Origin: Edaphobacter aggregans
GTDB taxonomy: Bacteria > Acidobacteriota > Terriglobia > Terriglobales > Acidobacteriaceae
NCBI RefSeq assembly: GCF_003945235.1
Contig: NZ_RSDW01000001.1
Coordinates: forward strand, 1,260,001 to 1,292,000
Direction: 5' to 3'
DNA: 32,000 bases
Both the position numbers and the translations under genes were made by a program. Position 1 is the first letter of the stretch. Each line of letters opens with the position of its first letter. The notes under the pieces are model-generated. The model saw only the letters and a program-made list of their open reading frames with translations, had not been told where the DNA came from and did no database searches. This document shows, one piece after another, positions 8,188-15,693 of the stretch.

Positions 8188-8760
8188 TCACCTCGGAGGA
8201 GGGGTCCTCACTACGTGACCTTTATTCGCATCGGAATACCAATAGAAATGTCCGTTGGTTTGTCTTTTGGCTTTGTAGGGGAAGCTTTTAAAGCGTCTCC
8301 AGTGAATTATAGGGATACGATATTCCACCATGATCGCCAGTTCTGCGCTCAGTAAAGGTCCGAGTTGATCTGGCCAGACTTCGTTCAAAGCAACTTCAAA
8401 TTTTTCGTCCGTACCTAAGTCACGCGGGTGCCATTCCTCCGACCCCATTGCCGCGTAATCCTCAGAACTCTCATAGGTAGAGGAACGATTCGGGTCTCCA
8501 TACGTAATTTTGCCCAAGCCGAACGATGGTCGAACTGAAGTCAATGGTAGGTGTCCATTATTTGTGACCGTGACGGATGCCGAAAACGGGTTATTTGGGT
8601 CAACGGGATCGGAGATGGAGACGGTAACCCCAGGCCAAAAAGCCCACAATGCAATGACCCCAATGACTAGGCTAGTGACTCCAATCCAAATCCCCAGGTG
8701 TGCAAGACGCTTGGCCTTTCTAGCCTCTGATTCTCTTTGAAGTTGTTTCTTGGTGGTCAT
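8188..8760 (-). CDS. Single-pass membrane protein, unknown function; same architecture as 6914-7600
   Basis: ATG start. It has a basic N-terminus (MTTKKQLQRESEARKAKR), a TM helix (LGIWIGVTSLVIGVIALWAFW) and then a beta-rich-looking domain. Confidence 0.6.
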   Translation of the reverse strand: MTTKKQLQRESEARKAKRLAHLGIWIGVTSLVIGVIALWAFWPGVTVSISDPVDPNNPFSASVTVTNNGHLPLTSVRPSFGLGKITYGDPNRSSTYESSEDYAAMGSEEWHPRDLGTDEKFEVALNEVWPDQLGPLLSAELAIMVEYRIPIIHWRRFKSFPYKAKRQTNGHFYWYSDANKGHVVRTPPPR

Positions 8761-8878
8761 CGTGTTCCCGCCATCATTTCACACAAGAGTTTTCCACACA
8801 GCAAAAAATAAAATCTGTATACACAAACATTCGTTAGTGATTTTATCTGATCATGAGCTTGTCGAGATGGAGTGACCC

Positions 8879-9094
8879 ATGAAGTACCGCGAGAGTTGGG
8901 AACTGCCTAGCATTCCTAATGAAGTCTTCTGGCCTGAGGTCGGACGCAGAAGAAACGAGATAGCGAGTGGAGGCAGGCCAAAGACACTTCGGGACTGTGA
9001 ATACTGCGGACAACAGTACAGCGCCAGGGAGATGCGAAAACATAAGCCTCTATGTCCAAAGGGGCCTAACAAGAAAACCAAGAAAGGAAAATGA
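8879..9094 (+). CDS. Small putative zinc-ribbon protein with a basic tail
   Basis: 71 aa, containing CEYCGQQYSAREMRKHKPLC and a KKTKKGK tail. It is the first gene of a tightly packed three-gene + strand set. Confidence 0.45.
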   Translation: MKYRESWELPSIPNEVFWPEVGRRRNEIASGGRPKTLRDCEYCGQQYSAREMRKHKPLCPKGPNKKTKKGK

Positions 9095-9098
9095 ACCA

Positions 9099-9374
9099 AT
9101 GAAAGCAAGCAAGACTTCTGCCTCTAGCTCTTTCACCAACAACCACGTTTTCTCTGAGGCTGTCAGCCACAACCTACACCTCACCGCTTTTGTAGGGATT
9201 CGACTTCACGAGACCACCGAGTTCCTATACAAACTCAAGATGGAAACAGACGGTAAACCTTTCAGCAAGCGGAACGCGAACAGGATCAACCAGCTTGAGG
9301 TTGAGATTAAGAAGTACAAGCGTCAATTGGAAGAGGCAATGGCAGCAACAAAGCTGATGGAGGTGGCAGCATGA
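9099..9374 (+). CDS. Small coiled-coil protein
   Basis: The in-frame ATG at 9099 lies 5 nt after the previous stop. The C-terminus is heptad-like (INQLEVEIKKYKRQLEEAMAATKLME). The longer track ORF from 8967 would overlap the previous gene. Confidence 0.45.
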   Translation: MKASKTSASSSFTNNHVFSEAVSHNLHLTAFVGIRLHETTEFLYKLKMETDGKPFSKRNANRINQLEVEIKKYKRQLEEAMAATKLMEVAA

Positions 9375-9589
9375 GCATTGTTCTTATCAAAACTGTTGCC
9401 GATGACGTTATTAGCGATTATTTCTCTGGTGATCCGACGAACTGCCCACCAATACCAGAGGTAGGACACTTCATTGAGGGTTCATTTGGTAAGGGCCAAG
9501 TCAGCAAGGTGGAACACATTGTTGACTCATCCCTGTACACAATCAACTTGCATTTCACGAACACTGAACGTTATTACGACGCCAGCTAG
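9371..9589 (+). CDS. Hypothetical small protein
   Basis: ATGA start/stop overlap with the previous gene. A hairpin follows at 9612-9646. Confidence 0.45.
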   Translation: MSIVLIKTVADDVISDYFSGDPTNCPPIPEVGHFIEGSFGKGQVSKVEHIVDSSLYTINLHFTNTERYYDAS

Positions 9590-9611
9590 ATAACCCTTAA
9601 ACACAACAACT

Positions 9612-9658
9612 CCCCCACCGAGCCTCAATGAGAGATCAGGTGGGGGCATTGTGTTGCT
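9612..9658. terminator. Hairpin element A (CCCCCACC..GGTGGGGG followed by CATTGTGTTGCT); homolog of 10892-10934
   Basis: An 8-bp GC stem with loop GAGCCTCAATGAGAGATCA, 22 nt after the stop of 9371-9589. Confidence 0.5.
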
Positions 9659-9749
9659 CATGATCAATACTGCTCAGACCCTTGCTTGCGACAAAGCGTA
9701 GGATTGTCGAATATCAGGCGTAACACTTCCCTTTCTTATTCAAGAATTA

Positions 9750-9779
9750 GACCTTCTCCCCAGGAGGTCATTCTTTTTT
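9750..9779 (+). terminator. Rho-independent terminator, + strand
   Basis: GACCTTCT-CCCC-AGGAGGTC followed by ATTCTTTTTT. The T:G pair in the stem is tolerated only in a + strand RNA. Confidence 0.55.
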
Positions 9780-9796
9780 GCCTGAGTCTTTAAACA

Positions 9797-9841
9797 CAAA
9801 AAAATGGCTCCTACCACCCGATTAAGGATGATAGGAGCCAT
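9797..9841 (-). terminator. Rho-independent terminator, minus strand
   Basis: A perfect 10-bp stem, ATGGCTCCTA/TAGGAGCCAT. On the minus strand it is followed by T7-8 (the A run at 9797-9804). It lies downstream of gene 10007-10498. Confidence 0.6.
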
Positions 9842-10006
9842 TGTTGTTCCATAGTGAATCTATAGGGCAAATTCGCGCACAGTGTTCACGTACGCCTCTA
9901 GTATCAGGTGCCAGAGGGTTTCACTCACATGCCCTAAAAGTTGCACTCAGGGATTCTTCCAGCGATATACTGGTTGAACTACGACAAAGAAACGGGCATC
10001 CGAGTG

Positions 10007-10498
10007 CTAACGATAATGACCAATCATTTCTGAAACTGTGTTGTTTGTCATTCCCTCCACCGAACCATAGGTGAGCAGTATTCCTCTCTCTCCGCAGTCG
10101 ATGAAGACCCGATTCATCTTTGTGTCCGGCGAAGCCATTGGAGCGTGTGAGATTGTGCATTTCGTGGCTCCTTGGTCAATAAGAGCGGTAAGAGCGTCCA
10201 TCACCGAAGGCAGGCCATCTGATTCATGTAGCCAATTTCGGTCGGCATATACCAACTTATTGTTCACGAATTTCAAGGTGTAAATTCGCTTCGTTTGCAC
10301 ATCTACGGCTATTACCGGACTGTCTGAATTGGGCTTGTCGGGGAAGATCAGGCCGGAGGCTTCAATATTCTGTTTAGCTGTCGCCTTGTCCATACCCAGC
10401 CATACAGTTGCCGAGCCGAGTTGTAGTGAAATACCGTGATTAGATTGAGCGAATGCACTAAACGTACATAAAGCGACCAAAGATATGAGACTCTTCAT
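10007..10498 (-). CDS. Secreted protein of unknown function
   Basis: Signal peptide MKSLISLVALCTFSAFAQS; 163 aa. Confidence 0.6.
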   Translation of the reverse strand: MKSLISLVALCTFSAFAQSNHGISLQLGSATVWLGMDKATAKQNIEASGLIFPDKPNSDSPVIAVDVQTKRIYTLKFVNNKLVYADRNWLHESDGLPSVMDALTALIDQGATKCTISHAPMASPDTKMNRVFIDCGERGILLTYGSVEGMTNNTVSEMIGHYR

Positions 10499-10562
10499 TG
10501 CTGGTTGTCCTTTGGGTGCATTCTATCGTGGCAGGTGGGGTGTTTTCCTTATACTCATAGGG

Positions 10563-10868
10563 ATGAAAAAGCCCAATGAACCGAAGCGGTGCTGGCGTAT
10601 TCGCGGGTACGATAGCCTAACCCTGATATTCGATCAGAGCGTTCCCACTGGACAGCTAACCGAAGGCAACATGAAAGAACTGCTCCGTGCCCTCGTCGCG
10701 AAGGATCTGTTACCAAGCGAGCTTATCGGTGCGTATGCGAGACGAGGCACAAAGATACACAATCGGTTTTTAGAGATTCAAAAAGAGAACTTGCCTGAGA
10801 AAAGACGTGTCCTCTACACCTGTGGTGAAAATCCTTACTACACAGCAGATGTAGAAGTGTGCGATTAG
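10563..10868 (+). CDS. Hypothetical protein
   Basis: ORF 10485-10868. The likely ATG is 10563 (MKKPNEPKRCW...). It is divergent from 10007-10498. Confidence 0.45.
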   Translation: MKKPNEPKRCWRIRGYDSLTLIFDQSVPTGQLTEGNMKELLRALVAKDLLPSELIGAYARRGTKIHNRFLEIQKENLPEKRRVLYTCGENPYYTADVEVCD

Positions 10869-10882
10869 TTCCAAGGTCCCCC

Positions 10883-10934
10883 AAAAAATGAGCCCCACCA
10901 CCTCAATGAAGAGATGATGGGGCATTGTGTTGCT
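10883..10934. terminator. Bidirectional terminator, hairpin element B
   Basis: An A6 run (10883-10888), then the stem GCCCCACCA/TGATGGGGC with one mismatch, then CATTGTGTTGCT. It sits between the convergent genes 10563-10868 (+) and the capsid gene (-). Confidence 0.6.
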
Positions 10935-10982
10935 ATCAGGTTGTGTGCAGACTGGTTGATCTGGAGACTGCCTGATTAGCTA

Positions 10983-12200
10983 TTAGGTTGCGGACATAAC
11001 CAGCCGAATCATAGAAGGCGAAGAGGTCTGAATCGTGCTATATCCACCCGCACGCTGTACAGCGAAAAACGCTGTAGCGTTGTATTCCAGGTACCGATCC
11101 ACACTCTTACGTACGACGAGCGGACCCGCCTGACGATAGGTATACGACTTGTAAGCATCGCCCAGAAGGATTGGAGACTTCGATGCGCCCAGATCGTCAA
11201 TCTTCTGAGCGATACGGATGGGCAATCCAAGGAACGACTTGAACGGGTTCCCCTGAAAGTCAGTGGTCAGGATTGGACGGTTCTGGGAGTCCTTGATATC
11301 AAGCAGACTTGCCCAAGTACGCGAGTTCATCCACAGAGCGGCCCCTGCGAGGTAACTTGGGTCGAGCTTCGCGTAGAAATTGATAAGGGTGTCGTACGAT
11401 ATGGTGCTAGCGCCACCAGTAGGTGCGGTATAACCAACTGGAGTAGCAGTAGCCAACGACTGGAAGTTAGAAGCATTACCTGCGATGATTGCTTCGCTGG
11501 CAGTGTTCACCCAAGCCGTATTGATGGTTTCGCTAAGGAACTGCTCAATCGAGAACGCACTGTCCTGAATCAGTTGGTTGCTTACCTTTGTCATCAAGGT
11601 CAGCGTATCGACGTTGGAGGTGAATCCACCTACGCTAGGATCAGTTTCCGTGGCGGCCGTATTCTCTGGATTCAGCGTGAAGCGAACCGCTGTCGGATCT
11701 GCCGTACCCACCTTAATTCCTTCACCCGAATCAGTATTCCAAGTGCGTACACCCGAAAGAATCTCTCCAGTTGCCTTCGTCGCAGTGTGGAGAAGTGGAT
11801 CAAATCCTACGGGCACAAGCACGCCAGCAGCACCGCCCACGGTCATGTCACGCTGTTCATACTTCAGATACTCGCGGTCCTCAGGCTTCAACTTGCCAGT
11901 GATGTAGTTAGCGAATGCACGCATTTCCAGCCTGCTACGCTTCTCATCTACAACACCGTCAATCTGGTCCGCATCCTCTGCGATTGGTCCACGGGGTGGC
12001 CGACTGGAGTGACGCTGTTCTGCCTCAATAGCGGCTGCACGCTCCTCAACATCAATTCGTTCATGAATAAGCTGGGAGTCCTCAATCATCTTTCGTGCGG
12101 ATGCACGATCCTCTCTCGATACGCCATCCTTTGCGAGGATCGCCTGTGCATCGTATACAAGCTTGTTCTTCTGTTCACGCAACGTATTCAAATTCGACAT
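10983..12200 (-). CDS. Major capsid protein, HK97 family, with an N-terminal delta (scaffold) domain
   Basis: 405 aa. The N-terminal ~100 aa are coiled-coil and charged; the remainder is a typical HK97-fold sequence (..GGAAGVLVP.., ..LPIRIAQKIDDLG.., ..AFFAVQRAGG..). It follows the prohead protease gene. Confidence 0.9.
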   Translation of the reverse strand: MSNLNTLREQKNKLVYDAQAILAKDGVSREDRASARKMIEDSQLIHERIDVEERAAAIEAEQRHSSRPPRGPIAEDADQIDGVVDEKRSRLEMRAFANYITGKLKPEDREYLKYEQRDMTVGGAAGVLVPVGFDPLLHTATKATGEILSGVRTWNTDSGEGIKVGTADPTAVRFTLNPENTAATETDPSVGGFTSNVDTLTLMTKVSNQLIQDSAFSIEQFLSETINTAWVNTASEAIIAGNASNFQSLATATPVGYTAPTGGASTISYDTLINFYAKLDPSYLAGAALWMNSRTWASLLDIKDSQNRPILTTDFQGNPFKSFLGLPIRIAQKIDDLGASKSPILLGDAYKSYTYRQAGPLVVRKSVDRYLEYNATAFFAVQRAGGYSTIQTSSPSMIRLVMSAT

Positions 12201-12359
12201 ATTATTCTTAGCCTTTCGTAGCTAGGTAGGGCACAAGACATCCACATAGGCACACAAAGGCGTGCGTCTGGGTCCAGGCGATAAATTGTTAGGTGGGTAT
12301 AGAGAGCACACACAACTTGGTTGAGTGTCTGTGCTGGTGTTGCGTAAGTTGTAAAAGGG

Positions 12360-13097
12360 TTATTTCAGCTTGAGGATTTGAACCTGCATCCTGAGCTTCC
12401 AGAGTTCTTCATCAGCCTTATTGAGAATGCTTCTGTCCTCGTTCTGTGCAGGACAACCGTTCACTCTGCACGCTGGATCTTCGCAGTCTGAGTCCAGGCA
12501 TTGGCTGCAATCGCCAGCAACGCACATCAAGCAATCGCAATCACAGCCATCTTCGTTGCTACGCTTGGCCAACAGGCTTCTCAGTTCCTTTGGGCAGGAT
12601 CTGACATCAACCTGAGTTTGGAGGTACGCGGGGTTAGCCGTAACGGTAAGCTCTGTTAGCTCTAAAGCCTCAACAGTTCTTATCGCCGTGCCCTTGTCAT
12701 CCTTCCACGAATCTCGCGTGCAATAGAATCCAAACGAGCAACCTGCCGTGTCGCCACGTTCAATCGAAATAGCAAGATCGTTTGCATACGATTGCCGCGT
12801 ATCAATCGGACAAGTGAAGCTGACTCCCTTTGAATCAGTTGTGAGCCTTAGATTGCCTGCACGAGTCGAGCCTAAAATCTGCCCACTGTCATGGTTGTGA
12901 AGGAGCAGAACGTTCTTACCGCTATTGAGTGTGTCAGTCACAGCATCAGGCGAAATCACTTCTCTGAAGTTGCCTAAATCCTGACTGCGTTGATTGAACA
13001 CAATTGCACGGCCTGATAACGTCCTCTTTCCATCTGCGGCCGGTTTGGAGATTCGTAACTCCTCTACTGGCAGATGGCGAAGTTCTTTGTTATTCAT
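12360..13097 (-). CDS. Prohead serine protease (HK97/S78 family) with a Cys-rich C-terminal insertion
   Basis: Motifs GRAIVFN, LLLHNHD and GCSFGF fit the HK97 protease His/Ser region. Its ATG overlaps the portal stop by 8 nt. Confidence 0.85.
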   Translation of the reverse strand: MNNKELRHLPVEELRISKPAADGKRTLSGRAIVFNQRSQDLGNFREVISPDAVTDTLNSGKNVLLLHNHDSGQILGSTRAGNLRLTTDSKGVSFTCPIDTRQSYANDLAISIERGDTAGCSFGFYCTRDSWKDDKGTAIRTVEALELTELTVTANPAYLQTQVDVRSCPKELRSLLAKRSNEDGCDCDCLMCVAGDCSQCLDSDCEDPACRVNGCPAQNEDRSILNKADEELWKLRMQVQILKLK

Positions 13098-14391
13098 CTT
13101 TTTGTCCTTCGTTAGAGTCTGCTGGAGCTAATCCAGAGTCAGGCCCAACAGGTTCATCCTGAATCGACTGGGTATCCAGTAGCGTCTCCGCGTTCTGATA
13201 GTTCACAGGTACGCGGTATGCGTTCAAGCACTCAGGACCGGGATTGAGATTCAATGCATGTCGTACCTCTGCAGGACTCAGCCATCCCCCTTGTACGCCA
13301 GCAGTGAACGCTGCGGACTCAGCTACAGAGTCACCGCGAGTAAGTTCAGTGGTATCGAACTCCACGTCATAGTTTCCGGCTAATGTGCTCAGTACCTTCC
13401 GTCTGAGTTCTGATTCAAAGCGTGAAAGCCAAGGACGCAGAGTCTGGGTTACCAGTTGCAAATTCTCCTGCACCAGGTTGGCGTTGGATATCTTCTGAGT
13501 GTCGCCAACCAGATGGGGTGCGATTCTGAAGATCGCGGCAATGTCTGCACGCTGGTAATTGCGAGTCTCAAGGAATTGACTATCCTCTGCACTGATGCCT
13601 AGCTTTTCAATCTTCATGTCTGCGTCAAGAATTGCGACTCTATGCTGACTGCTACCCGTCTGGAGTGTTTCCCAATCCGCACGCATCTTGGCTTTGTCTT
13701 CGGCCTTTACTTTTGCCGTGGTCGTAATCGCCAACGCTGGAACTGCCGAACTTTTGAATAGGGTGCTTCCGTAACGCTCTGCTGCCCTTGCTAGACCAAT
13801 GGATTGGCGTGCCGCATGGATTGGGCTGAGTCCAATAAGTCCACAGATGCTGATACCCAGGAAGTGCAGAACGTCTTTGCCTTTTAGCAGCCTAGCAACA
13901 CCGTCACCATCAGTGGTGCGATACCCAATACTCCCGTCAGGGAGACGTACAGGATTGGTCAGTTCAGGTCGTAGAGGCCAGAATGCAACGGGAGATCCGT
14001 TCGCTCCTGATCGCTGAATCTGTGCATATGCGTTTCCGTGAAGGCAAACCCAAGTTGTCATTAGTTCCCAAAAGGACACAGCAGTCTGCTCGTCTGAGGG
14101 ACTATCACGAAGCAATTTATATACAGGATGCGAGATTGCTTCCTGTCTTCCGTTTGCAGTGCGCGAATATAGTTTGCACGGCAGGCTTCCTAGAGATTCT
14201 GCCAGGATCCGTACGCAAGCCCAAACGGTACTGACCTGCATTGAGTTCTGGGGTGTAATTATTTCGCCTGCATCAGAGTTCGTTCCGAATCCGAAGACCG
14301 ATTGCCAATTACCAGGCACAGGCAGTGAAAAGCCGTTCTCGCTGCGTTTCTCAGTTTTGGTTGTAGGCATTGAGAGCCCTAGCGTAATCAT
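13090..14391 (-). CDS. Phage portal protein, HK97 family
   Basis: VWACVRILAESLGSLPCKLY and the downstream portal-like sequence. The track ORF extends to 14574 but would then overlap terS. The likely start is ATG 14391 or 14370. Confidence 0.85.
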   Translation of the reverse strand: MITLGLSMPTTKTEKRSENGFSLPVPGNWQSVFGFGTNSDAGEIITPQNSMQVSTVWACVRILAESLGSLPCKLYSRTANGRQEAISHPVYKLLRDSPSDEQTAVSFWELMTTWVCLHGNAYAQIQRSGANGSPVAFWPLRPELTNPVRLPDGSIGYRTTDGDGVARLLKGKDVLHFLGISICGLIGLSPIHAARQSIGLARAAERYGSTLFKSSAVPALAITTTAKVKAEDKAKMRADWETLQTGSSQHRVAILDADMKIEKLGISAEDSQFLETRNYQRADIAAIFRIAPHLVGDTQKISNANLVQENLQLVTQTLRPWLSRFESELRRKVLSTLAGNYDVEFDTTELTRGDSVAESAAFTAGVQGGWLSPAEVRHALNLNPGPECLNAYRVPVNYQNAETLLDTQSIQDEPVGPDSGLAPADSNEGQKDE

Positions 14392-14404
14392 TTCTTGTTT
14401 TGTC

Positions 14405-14908
14405 CTATTCTGGTTTCGGGTGAGTGTGCGGCCAGCGTTCGTGGAAGTGTTCATCCAGTTCCCGCATCTCCTGCTCAAACTCATCCCAACGCTTTTCTTC
14501 CTCAGTTCGTGTGTCTGAATCAGGCTTAGGATTGGGGCTGGATGCGGGAGTATTAATGCCATCAGCAACGCCACCTTTGAACGCCTCTAGCAAACTGATA
14601 AGCTTCGTCATCTCTGCACTCTTCAGACCATCCGTTCTAAGCTTCACTGTCAGCTTCACAGCAACCTCAACCAGAAGCCTGTCCGAATGACTGAGAGCAG
14701 GAGATTGCTTGACAATTTCTGCCCATACCTTCTTTTCGTCGGCAGTCAAATGGGCGGGGGCTCTACCGATGGCAGCAGTCGGAGGTTTTGCAGATTGTGC
14801 CGCCTGTGCCGCCATCTCAGCCTCGATTCTGGCCTTATAGCGGCCTTTATTTTGCTGATAGGTTCCACTAAGCATGAGTTCTTGAATGGTCTTGCGAGGT
14901 GTTGGCAT
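14405..14908 (-). CDS. Terminase small subunit, P27-like
   Basis: The N-terminus MPTPRKTIQELMLSGTYQ and the segment APAHLTADEKKVWAEIV...LSHSDRLLVEVAV resemble the P27 TerS family. An AAGGAAG Shine-Dalgarno lies 7 nt upstream of the ATG. The gene sits immediately upstream of portal. Confidence 0.7.
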   Translation of the reverse strand: MPTPRKTIQELMLSGTYQQNKGRYKARIEAEMAAQAAQSAKPPTAAIGRAPAHLTADEKKVWAEIVKQSPALSHSDRLLVEVAVKLTVKLRTDGLKSAEMTKLISLLEAFKGGVADGINTPASSPNPKPDSDTRTEEEKRWDEFEQEMRELDEHFHERWPHTHPKPE

Positions 14909-14967
14909 TTGCTAACTTCCTTCGGTCTTTTGCGTCTAAATTTGCAGTAACACTTTCACTTTTCCGC

Positions 14968-15013
14968 GACCATCCGAGCCCAAACAACGTTGAGGCTGGA
15001 TGGTCATTTTTTT
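14968..15013 (+). terminator. Strong + strand rho-independent terminator, antisense to the terS leader
   Basis: GACCATCC(G)AGCC pairs with GGCTGGATGGTC (12 bp with one bulge), followed by ATTTTTTT. There is no T tract on the minus strand. Confidence 0.6.
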
Positions 15014-15693
15014 GATGAGTGGTTTAGACCGAAATGCGACTCGTGGCTAGTCTCGGAACCTTAAGGCTTCAAGTATTTACCCACCCCTATTGCACTTTTC
15101 CAGCAACTTGCGAGAGGACTCCTATTGCGTAGTCTCTGGAAGAGCTGCCCCATTTTGACGCACGCCACGTTGCCGTCACAACACTACGGCAAACTCGACA
15201 TCATGAGGTGTTTACGAATGCCGGTGAAGACAAGTTGGTGCTAGAATTGTCCGCTTTTCAATAGTGAAAGCAAGGGCCGCGCAGTTAAATCCAAAACAAG
15301 CGAGGCATGTATATGGGTTTTATTCTTTGCATATTTTACGGCGGGAAGATGCACTGTCATCCGATCCCAATTTATGAAATTCCAATAACCCTCGTGCACG
15401 GACCAGGTCCTGTAAATTACCAGCCGTTGATTCACGATTTAACTCTGGTAGCCTCGATTCAGGCCGCAGCAAATAAAGTACAAGATAAAAAGGTGGGTGC
15501 TGCCTTGAGCCAAGGAATACAAGAGGCTGTGAAGGCCATCCAAGCTCGTGCCGGTGAAGGCATTGAGATCAAGGCCATACAAGCCAAAGGCCAGTAAGCG
15601 TGAAAAGGGCGGGAGGGTTTGCGCTCAACCGTCCTTTGTCACCGAGATGACGGGGTTGAAAGAACGCCCTGATTGAAGTCAAGCGAAATCCTG

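Noticed and set aside
8967-9098. N-terminal extension of ORF 8967-9374.
   Set aside because: It would overlap gene 8879-9094 out of frame over its whole length. The internal ATG 9099, directly after that gene's stop, gives a sensible operon layout.
11574-12221. + strand ORF of 215 aa, and 11578-11907.
   Set aside because: They are antisense to the well-supported HK97 capsid gene.
14909-15693. TerL remnant or small genes here (ORFs 15307-15597 + and 15241-15435 -).
   Set aside because: No frame has an ORF long enough for even a fragment of a terminase ATPase or nuclease with recognisable motifs. The two small ORFs overlap each other on opposite strands, lack convincing ribosome-binding sites, and neither can be preferred. 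The region is left unannotated.
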